This document shows, one piece after another, positions 26,579-36,103 of a stretch of DNA of 36,456 nucleotides. The DNA comes from Paracoccaceae bacterium (GTDB lineage Bacteria; Pseudomonadota; Alphaproteobacteria; Rhodobacterales; Rhodobacteraceae): assembly GCA_007129775.1 (NCBI GenBank), contig SKUV01000260.1, positions 1-36,456 on the forward strand. Direction: 5' to 3'. The notes below the pieces were generated by a model. It ran no database searches and was not told where the DNA came from. It saw only the letters and a list, made by a program, of their open reading frames with translations. Made by a program: the position numbers and the translations under genes. Within the stretch, counting starts at the first letter, position 1; each line of letters begins with the position of its first letter.

Positions 26579-27194
26579 GCATAATTTCCGATAGTAACAA
26601 GATACGGGCAGAGGGATCCGTCTCGCTTTGCTTGCAGGACAGCTTGAATTGCCATTTACGCCGCGCCTCTGTGACTTCTGCTTCCCAGTTCGTGCCTTTC
26701 GGCAATATGGCCAGCCCATCAGCCGCAAGATGACGCAGGACATGTGAACAAAGCACCTTGAGTGGCGCCAGCGCACGAGCGGTTACCACATCGGCGTTCA
26801 GCGGTGGTACGTCTTCGATACGCGCCAATTCGATACGTAGGTCGAGATCGAGCGATCGAGCGACGCTCAACAAGAATGCGGCTTTGCGTTGATCGCTCTC
26901 GACGAGGGTAACGCGGATATCGGGACGTGCGCTCGCGGCGATTAGCGCAAGCGGCAACCCGGGAAGCCCTCCCCCACTACCCAGATCGGCAACTGATCGG
27001 CATCGCTCCGGCAACAGGTTGAAAAGTTGCAGCGAATCGAGAACATGACGCTCCCAAAATGCAGTAAGTGATCTGTCGGAAACAAGGTTGATCACCGGGT
27101 TCCAGCGCGCAACTTCTTCCGCGTAGTGCCGGAGCTTTGCGACAGTTTCACGTGAAACACCGTCGAGGACAAATTGTTCACGATTCAGTGTCAC
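26568..27194 (-). CDS. rsmG: 16S rRNA m7G527 methyltransferase RsmG (GidB)
   Basis: [34 protein letters not shown] and TARALA motifs. Confidence 0.95.
   Translation of the reverse strand: MTLNREQFVLDGVSRETVAKLRHYAEEVARWNPVINLVSDRSLTAFWERHVLDSLQLFNLLPERCRSVADLGSGGGLPGLPLALIAASARPDIRVTLVESDQRKAAFLLSVARSLDLDLRIELARIEDVPPLNADVVTARALAPLKVLCSHVLRHLAADGLAILPKGTNWEAEVTEARRKWQFKLSCKQSETDPSARILLLSEIMHAA
27144..27159. promoter_or_regulatory. parS: parS site 2 (inside rsmG, encodes VSRET)
   Basis: AGTTTCACGTGAAACA, 1 mismatch to consensus. Confidence 0.92.
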
Positions 27195-29053
27195 GACGCC
27201 CGCCGCCGCGACTGCATGCGCAACGCCGACAGCAAAAGTGTCATTGCAGCAGGCGTCATCCCCTCGATACGTCCCGCCTGCCCGATATTCTCGGGGCGAC
27301 AGCGGATGAGTTTTTCGCGCAACTCAGAAGACAGGCCCCCAATCACAGAAAAATCAAAATCCTGCGGAATCTCGAGAGCCTGATCCCGTCGCAGCGCCTC
27401 TACCTCCGCGTGTTGTCGCTCTATATACCCGTCATACACCGCCTCACGACCGAGTTGATCCTTGATTTCAGGGTCCAAGGATCCAAGCCGGGGATCCAAC
27501 CTCTCAAGCTCGCCCATCCTGACATGCTTCAACGCCAGAAGCTGAAACCCATTTCTGCGCTGGCCATCCGGGTTCACCTCAATCCCGACACGCGCTGCCT
27601 CATTTGGTGACACAGCCATGGCGCGGAACATCTCACGGCCCTTCTCCAGCATCGCTTGTTTGTTCTCGAAGGCGCGGAACCGTGTATCATCGACGCACCC
27701 AAGCTTCCGCCCGAGCGGTGTCAATCGTTGGTCTGCGTTGTCCGCACGAAGTGACAGCCTGAATTCAGCGCGCGACGTGAACATCCGGTAGGGTTCGCTT
27801 ACTCCCTTCGTCACCAAGTCATCAAGCATCACACCAATGTAGCTATCCGCCCGCCCAAACGCAGCATAGGCCTTACCCTGCGTCAGGAGACCAGCATTCA
27901 ACCCGGCAACGATACCCTGCGCACCTGCTTCCTCGTATCCTGTCGTCCCGTTGATCTGCCCGGCGAGAAAGAGCCCGGGGAGTCGTCGAAGCTCCAAGGA
28001 CGACGATAGCGCTCTCGGATCGACATAATCGTATTCGACTGCATAGCCGGGTTGCTCGATAACAACATCCTGCAGGCCATGAATCGTGCGCACATAGGCC
28101 TCTTGGACATCAGCTGGGAGCGACGTCGAAATGCCGTTCGGGTACACCGAATCAACATCCAGGCCCTCAGGCTCAAGGAAAATCTGATGCGCATCCTTGT
28201 TGGCGAATCGCACCACCTTGTCCTCGATCGAAGGGCAGTACCTCGGCCCACTACTGCTGATATAGCCACCGTACATCGCCGAACGCCCAAGGTTCGCGAC
28301 AATAACCTCATGCGTTCTCTCATTGGTGTGGGTTATTCTACATGCCACCTGTGGCAGCGCCGGCTTACTGGACAGAAACGAAAGCATGACGGGGTCATCA
28401 TCGCCAGGCTGCGCTTCGAGCGACTTCCAATCTATGGTTTTCCCGTCCAGCCTTGGGGGTGTTCCGGTCTTCAGGCGCCCCATCTCCAGGCCAAGATCGC
28501 GCAATCGGTCCGCCAACGCTACGGATGGCGCCTCTCCGATCCGACCGGCGGACGTGCTTTGATCACCGATATGCACGCGCCCTCGCAGAAACGTTCCAGT
28601 TGTCAGAACGACAGCGGCACCGACGAGGCGCGACCCATCACCCAGGACAACGCCCGCTGCCCGGCCACCCGACACCCTCAGGTCGGCCACTTCTCCGGCG
28701 ATGACGTAAAGCCCGGATTGTTCACTCACGGCGCGCTGGATCGCAGCCCGGTATTGTTTCCGATCCGCCTGAACCCTTGGGCCCTGCACAGCTGGCCCCT
28801 TGCCCCGATTGAGTAACCGAAACTGGATCCCAGCTGCATCGCCGGCTAACCCCATCACGCCACCAAGAGCATCAATCTCACGAACCAGATGGCCTTTTCC
28901 AAGCCCGCCGATCGCCGGGTTGCATGACATCACACCAATCTTTGCAGGGTCCAGCGTCACCAGCGCAACCCGGCAGCCGATTCGGGCGGCTGCCAATGCT
29001 GCCTCCGCACCAGCGTGGCCCCCACCCACAACGATCACATCGAATTGTTCCAC
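27191..29053 (-). CDS. mnmG: tRNA U34 carboxymethylaminomethyl modification enzyme MnmG (GidA)
   Basis: [37 protein letters not shown] and [13 protein letters not shown] motifs. Confidence 0.97.
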   Translation of the reverse strand: MEQFDVIVVGGGHAGAEAALAAARIGCRVALVTLDPAKIGVMSCNPAIGGLGKGHLVREIDALGGVMGLAGDAAGIQFRLLNRGKGPAVQGPRVQADRKQYRAAIQRAVSEQSGLYVIAGEVADLRVSGGRAAGVVLGDGSRLVGAAVVLTTGTFLRGRVHIGDQSTSAGRIGEAPSVALADRLRDLGLEMGRLKTGTPPRLDGKTIDWKSLEAQPGDDDPVMLSFLSSKPALPQVACRITHTNERTHEVIVANLGRSAMYGGYISSSGPRYCPSIEDKVVRFANKDAHQIFLEPEGLDVDSVYPNGISTSLPADVQEAYVRTIHGLQDVVIEQPGYAVEYDYVDPRALSSSLELRRLPGLFLAGQINGTTGYEEAGAQGIVAGLNAGLLTQGKAYAAFGRADSYIGVMLDDLVTKGVSEPYRMFTSRAEFRLSLRADNADQRLTPLGRKLGCVDDTRFRAFENKQAMLEKGREMFRAMAVSPNEAARVGIEVNPDGQRRNGFQLLALKHVRMGELERLDPRLGSLDPEIKDQLGREAVYDGYIERQHAEVEALRRDQALEIPQDFDFSVIGGLSSELREKLIRCRPENIGQAGRIEGMTPAAMTLLLSALRMQSRRRAS

Positions 29054-29061
29054 GTGAAACG
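29046..29061. promoter_or_regulatory. parS: parS site 3 (overlaps mnmG start codon)
   Basis: TGTTCCACGTGAAACG, 2 mismatches to consensus. Confidence 0.85.
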
Positions 29062-29064
29062 TCC

Positions 29065-30360
29065 TTACTTTCCGATGCAGAAACTCGAGAAAATCTCGCC
29101 CAGATAATCCTCGACCCCAACCCGTCCGATCAAGATCTCCAGAGCGCTGACCGCTGACCGCAGTTCACCAGCGACGATCTCCGGCACATCACTACTCTCC
29201 TCTAGCCGATCACGCGCCGATTCCAAAGCCCGAACCGCGCGTTCAAGGGCAACTGCGTGGCGCTGCCTATTGATCGTTGCAGCCCCGGCAACCCGCGCCC
29301 GAAGCACGTCGACAATCAATGCAACCAGCATGTCCAGCCCATGCCCCGTCACGCCGGAGACCGCCTGCACGCCCGGTGATATGACCTTCAGGTCGGCCTT
29401 CCCCAAAAGAACAATATCTCCCACACGACGCGGGATCCGAAGTTCTTCATCAGGCCGATCAACCAGAAACACCCGCAGATCAGCCGACTCTGCACGGCTG
29501 CGCGCACGCGTGACACCCATCACTTCCACCGGATTGTCGGATTCGCGCAGCCCGGCCGTATCAAGCAACGTTACCGGGATTCCGTCGAGATCCATCCGAA
29601 CTTCGATGACGTCGCGCGTCGTCCCGGCGACCTCAGACGTTATCGCGGCCTCTCGGCCCGCCAGAGCGTTCAACAGCGTTGATTTTCCGACATTTGGCGC
29701 CCCTACGATCGCCACCTCGAACCCCTCGCGGACACGTTCCGCAGAAGCTGCCCCAGCCAACTCAGCCACCAGCGCATCGCGTACCTCGGCGATCAAATGC
29801 AGCACCTCGGGAGACACGTCTTCAGGCACCTCCTCATCAGCAAAATCAATCGTCACCTCGATCAGTGCCGCCGCCCGAATCAGATCCGACCGCCACGCCT
29901 CGACCTTCCGGCCCAACTCACCGGAGAAAACCCGCATGGCCTGACGACGCTGAGCTTCGGTTTCGGCCTCGATCAAATCCCCAAGTGCCTCGATCTGAGT
30001 CAGATCCAGCCTGTCATTCTCCAATGCCCGGCGCGAAAATTCCCCGGCATCCGCCGGGCGCAACCCTGGGTGAGCCGCCAATTCGCTCAACAGCGCCGAC
30101 ACCACAGCGAGGCTGCCGTGTACATGAAGCTCAACCACCGGCTCGCCCGTGAAGCTTCCTCCACTCGGGAAACACAGCACGAGCCCTTCGTCTATGACCG
30201 CCCCGTCCGCCCCGCGCAGCGTCCTCAACCCAGCCTTGCGCAGTTCAGGCAGATCTCCGGCCAGAACTTCGGACGCCGCAAACGCGCGCGGTCCGGAGAT
30301 ACGTACTACAGCCACCCCGGCCTTGACCCGCCCGCTGGCCAGTGCAAAGATCGTATCCAA
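29065..30360 (-). CDS. mnmE: tRNA modification GTPase MnmE (TrmE)
   Basis: [31 protein letters not shown] and C-terminal FCIGK; TTG start. Confidence 0.96.
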   Translation of the reverse strand: MDTIFALASGRVKAGVAVVRISGPRAFAASEVLAGDLPELRKAGLRTLRGADGAVIDEGLVLCFPSGGSFTGEPVVELHVHGSLAVVSALLSELAAHPGLRPADAGEFSRRALENDRLDLTQIEALGDLIEAETEAQRRQAMRVFSGELGRKVEAWRSDLIRAAALIEVTIDFADEEVPEDVSPEVLHLIAEVRDALVAELAGAASAERVREGFEVAIVGAPNVGKSTLLNALAGREAAITSEVAGTTRDVIEVRMDLDGIPVTLLDTAGLRESDNPVEVMGVTRARSRAESADLRVFLVDRPDEELRIPRRVGDIVLLGKADLKVISPGVQAVSGVTGHGLDMLVALIVDVLRARVAGAATINRQRHAVALERAVRALESARDRLEESSDVPEIVAGELRSAVSALEILIGRVGVEDYLGEIFSSFCIGK

Positions 30361-30364
30361 AACT

Positions 30365-30400
30365 TAACCTGTTGATTATATGTTCTTAATCAACTGTTCA
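30365..30400. promoter_or_regulatory. Inverted pair of IHF-consensus-like sites / 8-bp inverted repeat at the rho-mnmE junction
   Basis: Minus AATCAACAGGTTA (30377-30365) matches WATCAANNNNTTR exactly; plus AATCAACTGTTCA (30388-30400) has 1 mismatch. Confidence 0.4.
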
Positions 30401-31661
30401 TCGAATCGAAGAAATCCGAGTTCGTCTTCGTCTGCTTTAGCTTGGAGTTCAGGAACTCGATGGCATCGGTCGTGCCCATCGGGTTCAGAATCCGCCGCAG
30501 AACGAAAGTCTTCTGCAGATCACCCTTCTCCACCAGAAGATCTTCCTTCCGGGTCCCGGATTTCAGGATATCGATAGCCGGGAATACCCGTTTGTCCGCC
30601 ACTTTCCGGTCCAGCACGATCTCCGAATTACCCGTTCCCTTGAACTCTTCGAAAATCACCTCGTCCATCCGGCTGCCGGTATCGATCAACGCCGTTGCGA
30701 TGATGGTGAGCGACCCGCCCTCCTCGATATTCCGCGCCGCCCCGAAAAAGCGCTTCGGACGTTGGAGGGCATTGGCATCCACACCCCCGGTCAACACCTT
30801 GCCCGACGAAGGAACCACCGTGTTGAATGCCCGTCCCAATCGCGTGATCGAATCAAGCAAGATCACCACATCGCGCTTGTGCTCGACCAGTCGCTTGGCC
30901 TTTTCGATCACCATCTCCGCCACAGCCACGTGACGGGTCGCCGGTTCGTCGAAAGTCGACGACACAACCTCCCCCTTCACGCTCCGCTGCATGTCGGTCA
31001 CCTCCTCGGGCCGCTCATCGATCAGCAACACGATCAGATAGCACTCCGGGTGGTTCTTCTCGATCGAATTGGCGATATTCTGGAGGATCACCGTCTTGCC
31101 GGTGCGCGGCGGCGCGACGATCAGCGCCCGCTGCCCCTTGCCCAGAGGGGCGACGATATCGATGATCCGCCCTGTCCGATCCTTGATCGTCGGATCCTCG
31201 GTTTCCATGTTCAGCCGCTCATCGGGATAAAGCGGGGTCAGGTTGTCGAAATGCACCTTGTGCCGCGCACGTTCCGGCTCGTCGAAGTTGATCTTTGTCA
31301 CCCGGGTCAGCGCGAAATAGCGCTCGTTCTCGGCCGGCGCCTGAATCACCCCTTCGATCGTATCGCCGGTGCGGAGGCTGAACTGCCGTATCATGTCGGG
31401 CGAGACATAGATATCATCCGGACCGGGCAGGTAATTCGCCTCCGGAGACCGCAGAAAGCCGAAACCGTCCTGAAGCACCTCGAGCACCCCGTCACCCGAG
31501 ATTTCCCAACCCTCTTCCGCACGCTCCTTGAGGATCGAGAACATCATCTCGCCCTTGCGCATGGAGGGCGCGTTCTCGATCTCCAATTCCTCCGCCATCG
31601 ACAGCAATGCAGCCGGGCTCTGGGCCTTCAGATCGGATAGGTTCAGGCGTTCCTGGCTCAT
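30390..31661 (-). CDS. rho: Transcription termination factor Rho
   Basis: [42 protein letters not shown] and EEFKGTGN motifs. Confidence 0.98.
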   Translation of the reverse strand: MSQERLNLSDLKAQSPAALLSMAEELEIENAPSMRKGEMMFSILKERAEEGWEISGDGVLEVLQDGFGFLRSPEANYLPGPDDIYVSPDMIRQFSLRTGDTIEGVIQAPAENERYFALTRVTKINFDEPERARHKVHFDNLTPLYPDERLNMETEDPTIKDRTGRIIDIVAPLGKGQRALIVAPPRTGKTVILQNIANSIEKNHPECYLIVLLIDERPEEVTDMQRSVKGEVVSSTFDEPATRHVAVAEMVIEKAKRLVEHKRDVVILLDSITRLGRAFNTVVPSSGKVLTGGVDANALQRPKRFFGAARNIEEGGSLTIIATALIDTGSRMDEVIFEEFKGTGNSEIVLDRKVADKRVFPAIDILKSGTRKEDLLVEKGDLQKTFVLRRILNPMGTTDAIEFLNSKLKQTKTNSDFFDSMNS

Positions 31662-31757
31662 GGGTTCGGCCCTGTCACAGCGTTACCAGCGGCCCGAGCT
31701 CGGTCCGCGCGGCAAACATATCATGGAAAACACGGCACCGGACGGCCCGCGCAGCAT

Positions 31758-31786
31758 GCGCTACACCCGCCCCGGGCGCAAGTCAA
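31758..31786 (-). promoter_or_regulatory. Putative sigma70 promoter of the rho operon
   Basis: TTGACT-N17-TAGCGC, giving a ~90-nt leader. Confidence 0.5.
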
Positions 31787-31806
31787 CGGCGCCCGTTGCT
31801 TCTGAA

Positions 31807-32265
31807 TCAGAACTTCACGACCACAGACAGAACGATCAAGACCATCAGAACCGTCGGCACCTCGTTCATCATCCGGTATTGCCGTCCGGTAAGCCGGTTA
31901 CGCCCCGCCACGAAATCCTTGCGGCGCGCGGAAAGCCACATGTGAAACCACGTCATCGCCACAATGCCCAAGAGCTTCGTCCAGGGCCAGACCATCCCCC
32001 ATCCAACGATCCCCGGGGTCATGGCCAGGGCAAGCCCCGCTGCCCAGGCGACGATCATCGCAGGGTTCATGATCACCCGCAGCAGTCGCTCCTCCATGGT
32101 CTGAAACAGACTGTCCAGCCCACCGGCCGCATCGTCCGTTCCAGCACGCTCCGCATGATAGACAAAGAGCCTCGGCAAATAGAAAAGCCCCGCCATCCAG
32201 GCGATCACCGCCATGATATGCACTGCCTTGATCCATGGGTAGGCAACGATCAGAAAATCGGTCAT
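31807..32265 (-). CDS. hemJ: Protoporphyrinogen oxidase HemJ
   Basis: KAVHIMAVIAWMAGLFYLPRLFVYH, MEERLLRVIMNPAM and RMMNEVPT motifs. Confidence 0.93.
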   Translation of the reverse strand: MTDFLIVAYPWIKAVHIMAVIAWMAGLFYLPRLFVYHAERAGTDDAAGGLDSLFQTMEERLLRVIMNPAMIVAWAAGLALAMTPGIVGWGMVWPWTKLLGIVAMTWFHMWLSARRKDFVAGRNRLTGRQYRMMNEVPTVLMVLIVLSVVVKF

Positions 32266-32269
32266 CGGC

Positions 32270-32637
32270 CACTCGCTCTGCCCTGCTCTTCCCTTCTAAA
32301 AAGAAGAAGGAAAAGAAAAAAGGATTATGATGTTAGTTGCCGCTGTGGGCATGTGCATTCCTGTGTTTTCCCCGGCTTTTTCCACAGGCGCAGCAGGTGT
32401 GCGTCTTGGTCATATGTCTTGAAACAACAATGAATTCAACGGTATGGTAACGATAGTCCAGAGAATGCTCCGACGTATATCCAGCGTGTGGGCAACGAAT
32501 GGCAGAGTTGTGCACATGTGGAAAATGCTGTTTCGTTCCGGCCTGAAAGTCGCGCGACCGCGCAGAGCACACTTCCGCACAGCCCTGTCCCGTCCGATCC
32601 CGGCTCATAGCCCCCATACTTGCCCACAGGACCGACC
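32270..32637. other. oriC: Chromosomal replication origin oriC
   Basis: Low-GC intergenic region; perfect TTTTCCACA boxes at 32378-32386 (+) and 32517-32525 (-); degenerate boxes at 32344, 32487, 32508, 32573 and 32620; A-rich tract ~32297-32322; next to the mnmG-parAB/parS block. Confidence 0.88.
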
Positions 32638-33237
32638 ATGCCGCCCGATCTGATCCTCGCCTCCGCCAGCGACGCCCGCGCAAGCCTTCTGCGATCCGCA
32701 GCGGTGAGCTTCGCGCAATCGCCGGCGCGGATCGACGAAGAAGCGATCCGCGCCGCCCTGCAGGCCGAGGGGGCGCGGCCGCGCGACATGGCCGATGCAC
32801 TGGCGGAGTTCAAGGCGCTCAAGGTCTCCGAACGCCAGCCAGATGCGCTGGTGATCGGTTCCGACCAGATCCTCGATCTGGACGGCTCGGCACTCGGCAA
32901 ATGCCACAGTCGGGAAGCGCTGCGCACACGGCTGACCGAACTGCGCGGGCGCCGCCATGCCCTGCATTCGGCGGCCGTGATCGCGCAAGCGGGCAAACCG
33001 CTCTGGCGCCATGTCGCCTCCGCCCGGTTGACGATGCGCGATTTCTCCGATGGCTATCTGGACGCGTATCTGGCCCGCAACTGGCCCGAAGTTGCCGACA
33101 GCGTCGGGGGGTATCATGTCGAAGGTGAGGGTATTCGCCTCTTTTCCGCCGTAGAAGGGTCGTGGCCGGTGATTCTCGGGATGCCCCTGCTGGAAATTCT
33201 CGTCTATCTTGGTCGTCGGGGAGATATCGCAGCATGA
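32638..33237 (+). CDS. maf: Maf family nucleoside triphosphate pyrophosphatase
   Basis: LILASAS, IDEE, VIGSDQ, GGYHVEG and ILGMPL motifs; ATG 32638. Confidence 0.92.
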   Translation: MPPDLILASASDARASLLRSAAVSFAQSPARIDEEAIRAALQAEGARPRDMADALAEFKALKVSERQPDALVIGSDQILDLDGSALGKCHSREALRTRLTELRGRRHALHSAAVIAQAGKPLWRHVASARLTMRDFSDGYLDAYLARNWPEVADSVGGYHVEGEGIRLFSAVEGSWPVILGMPLLEILVYLGRRGDIAA

Positions 33238-34070
33238 CGGACAGCGTATTGAAACTGGCCGGTGTGATCGGGGCGCCCATCGCGCACAGCCGCTCGCCGC
33301 GGCTGCATCGCCATTGGCTGGACCGCTACGGGATCGATGGCCATTACGTGCCGCTCGAAGTCCGGCAAAGCGATTTGACCGAGGCTCTGGGAATGCTTCC
33401 GCGACTGGGCTTCGTCGGGCTCAACGTTACCATTCCGCACAAGGAAACCGTGCTCCGGCTCGCCGATATCGTGACCGACCGCGCAGCGCTGATCGGGGCG
33501 GCCAATACGCTGATCTTTCGCAAGGATGGCAAGCTGCACGCTGACAATACCGACGGCGCGGGATTCCTGGCCAGCCTGCGGCAGGAAGCGCCCCATTGGG
33601 TGCCGGAATCGGGCCCGGCCGCCGTGCTGGGCGCGGGTGGCGCCGCGCGGGCCGTGATCTCGGCGCTGATCGAGGCCGGCGCGCCTGAAATCCGGCTGGC
33701 AAACCGGACCCGCACCCGGGCCGAGGGGCTTCGCACGGAATTCGGCGCGCGCATCACCGTCTATGACTGGGTGCAACTGGGCCCCATGCTCGAGGAATGC
33801 ATGACCGTGGTGAACACCACCGCCCTCGGCATGACCGGCAAGCCCGATCTGCGCATCCCCTTCGACGCGTTGAGCCCGGCCGCGCTTGTCAACGATCTGG
33901 TTTACACGCCGCTTCGGACCCATTTTCTGACCGAAGCTGCGGCGAGGGGCTGCACCACGGTCGACGGCCTGGGCATGCTGCTGCATCAGGCCGCGCCCGG
34001 GTTCGAACGCTGGTTCGGCCGTCGGCCCGAGGTCGATGCCGCCGCCCGCGCCGCAGCGTTGGCGGAATGA
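33234..34070 (+). CDS. aroE: Shikimate dehydrogenase
   Basis: HSRSP, NVTIPHKE, GAANT, DNTDG, GAGGAARA and DGLGMLLHQA motifs; ATGA overlap with maf. Confidence 0.95.
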   Translation: MTDSVLKLAGVIGAPIAHSRSPRLHRHWLDRYGIDGHYVPLEVRQSDLTEALGMLPRLGFVGLNVTIPHKETVLRLADIVTDRAALIGAANTLIFRKDGKLHADNTDGAGFLASLRQEAPHWVPESGPAAVLGAGGAARAVISALIEAGAPEIRLANRTRTRAEGLRTEFGARITVYDWVQLGPMLEECMTVVNTTALGMTGKPDLRIPFDALSPAALVNDLVYTPLRTHFLTEAAARGCTTVDGLGMLLHQAAPGFERWFGRRPEVDAAARAAALAE

Positions 34071-34681
34071 CCGGGCAGTGCCGGCCCGTGGTGCTGGGCC
34101 TGACCGGCTCCATAGGGATGGGAAAATCGACGACTGCGTCGATGTTCGCTGAACTGGGTGTCCCGGTCTGGGATGCCGATGCTGCTGTGCACCGGCTCTA
34201 TGCCCCCGGGGGCGCCGCCGTGGCGCCGCTTGCCGCCGCGTTTCCGGATGCCACCGGGGCCGATGGCGGGGTGGATCGTGCCCGCCTGCGCGCCTGCATC
34301 GCCGCCGATCCGCAAGCGCTGGACCGGATCGAGGCGATCGTGCATCCGCTGGTCGCCGCCGATCGGGCGGAATTTCTCGACCAGGCGGCCCGTTCCGGTG
34401 CGCCGATTGTGCTTTTCGATGTCCCGCTGTTGTTCGAGGGCGGGCTTGATGCGGCCTGTGACGCCACGATCGTTGTCAGCGCCCCGCAGGAGGTGCAGCG
34501 CGCGCGCGTTCTGTCCCGTCCCGGGATGACCGAGGCGCATCTGGCCGGCATTCTCACCCGGCAGATGCCCGATGCCGAAAAACGCTCCCGCGCCACCCAT
34601 GTCATTGAAACCACGGGGCTGGACGAGGCTCGGACCGCCGTGCGACAACTGGTCCGGCTTTACGCGCGGCAGGAGGGCTGA
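34067..34681 (+). CDS. coaE: Dephospho-CoA kinase
   Basis: GLTGSIGMGKST, DADAAVH, IVHPLV and DVPLLFE motifs; ATGA overlap with aroE. Confidence 0.95.
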   Translation: MTGQCRPVVLGLTGSIGMGKSTTASMFAELGVPVWDADAAVHRLYAPGGAAVAPLAAAFPDATGADGGVDRARLRACIAADPQALDRIEAIVHPLVAADRAEFLDQAARSGAPIVLFDVPLLFEGGLDAACDATIVVSAPQEVQRARVLSRPGMTEAHLAGILTRQMPDAEKRSRATHVIETTGLDEARTAVRQLVRLYARQEG

Positions 34682-34687
34682 GCGGCC

Positions 34688-35389
34688 ATGCGCGAGATCG
34701 TGCTGGACACCGAAACCACCGGGCTCGACCCCGAAGAAGGGGATCGCATCGTGGAAATCGGCGCGGTCGAACTGCTCAACCACATGCCCACGGGCCGCAC
34801 CTTTCACGTGTATATCAACCCCGAGCGGTCGATGCCGGCCGAAGCGTTCGAGGTTCACGGCCTGTCGGACGATTTCCTGCGTGACAAGCCGCTGTTCGAC
34901 CAGATCGCCGATGATTTCCTCGCCTTCGTGGCCGAAGCCCGGCTGGTGATTCACAACGCCAGCTTCGACATGCGGTTTCTCAATGCCGAATTGCGCCGGG
35001 CCGGCAAGCCCCTTCTCCCGGATGCGCAGGCGCTGGATACTCTGGCCATGGCGCGCAAACGCTATCCCGGTTCGCCGGCGTCGCTCGATGCGCTTTGCCG
35101 CCGCTTCGGCGTGGACAATTCGGGGCGCGAGAAGCACGGCGCCCTGCTCGACAGCGAGATCCTCGCCGAGGTCTATCTGGAGCTGATCGGCGGCCGGCAG
35201 CCCGATTTCGCCCTGTCGAACGCCACGCGGCCGGGAACCGGGGCTGCCCCCGCATGGCGCCCGCGCCCCCGGCCGACGCCCTTGGCCCCATGCCTGACGG
35301 AAGCGGAGGCTGAAGCTCATGCCGCTTTCGTCGAACGTCTGGGCGATGGCGCATTGTGGAAGAAGGTCGGCAGTGCGATGCGGCGCTAG
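34688..35389 (+). CDS. dnaQ: DNA polymerase III epsilon subunit
   Basis: LDTETTG, HNASFD and HGALLDS (DEDDh); QPDF clamp-type motif. Confidence 0.96.
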   Translation: MREIVLDTETTGLDPEEGDRIVEIGAVELLNHMPTGRTFHVYINPERSMPAEAFEVHGLSDDFLRDKPLFDQIADDFLAFVAEARLVIHNASFDMRFLNAELRRAGKPLLPDAQALDTLAMARKRYPGSPASLDALCRRFGVDNSGREKHGALLDSEILAEVYLELIGGRQPDFALSNATRPGTGAAPAWRPRPRPTPLAPCLTEAEAEAHAAFVERLGDGALWKKVGSAMRR

Positions 35390-35457
35390 GGACGGGCTAC
35401 GGGATTGCGAGCGGCCGGGGCAGTGGCGCGGCAAGTCGCTGGATGCCCCCGCAAGAC

Positions 35458-36099
35458 CTAACCACCCTTGCGCAGATAGACATAAAGCGCCCCTGCGCCC
35501 CCGTGGCGCGGGTGCGCCTCGGCCACCTGAAGCACAATCCCCGAAAGCGGCGGGCGCGACAGCCAAAGCGGCACCTCGCGTCGCAGGGCGCCGATGCGAC
35601 GGGAAAACGGCGCGTCGGCGCCGCCGTTGCGGCCCTTGCCGGTGATCACCAGCACCAGCCGCGCGCCCCTGGCATGGGCGCCGGAGACGAAGCGGCAAAG
35701 CGCCAGCTGCGCTTCGGGAAGCGTCAGGCCGTGCAGGTCGATCCGGGCTTCGGGCGCGAGCTTGCCGCGGCTCAATCGGCCAAAGGCGCGCGCGTCCATC
35801 CGGAGGGGCGGGCTGGCCTGCGCGGCCGCCGCTTCGGCTGTCGGCGAGCCCACGGGCGCCCGCTCGCCGATGCGAAAGGGGCGTAACGCGGCGGGTTGAG
35901 GGGTGGCGCGCGGTGGCCGGACAGGGCCCGCTGGCGCGGGTGGCGGGCTTGCCGGCGGCTCCTGCGTCTGCGGCACGCCGCGGGCGCTTTTGTCACCGAA
36001 CGGCTTGCGCCCGCTCAGCGGCTGTGTGCTGCGCGCCACCTCCTGCCACAGCATCTGTTCATCAGGGCGCAACTGGCGCGGGGGACGGCGGCGCTGCAT
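35458..36099 (-). CDS. Smr/MutS2 domain protein
   Basis: IDLHGLT, LVITGKG and HGGAGALYVYL motifs; start taken as ATG 36099. Confidence 0.9.
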   Translation of the reverse strand: MQRRRPPRQLRPDEQMLWQEVARSTQPLSGRKPFGDKSARGVPQTQEPPASPPPAPAGPVRPPRATPQPAALRPFRIGERAPVGSPTAEAAAAQASPPLRMDARAFGRLSRGKLAPEARIDLHGLTLPEAQLALCRFVSGAHARGARLVLVITGKGRNGGADAPFSRRIGALRREVPLWLSRPPLSGIVLQVAEAHPRHGGAGALYVYLRKGG

Positions 36100-36103
36100 C
36101 GGC

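Noticed and set aside
30364-30378. CtrA box at the rho-mnmE junction
   Set aside because: TTAA-N7-ATTA does not fit TTAA-N7-TTAA; the IHF-like reading fits better.
22300-30400. Genomic island interpretation of the low-GC zone
   Set aside because: Only syntenic core genes, with no integrase, tRNA, att sites or sharp edges.
34800-34815. parS-like CCTTTCACGTGTATAT in dnaQ, plus half-sites near 24605 and 31941
   Set aside because: About 6 mismatches, wrong spacing or only one arm.
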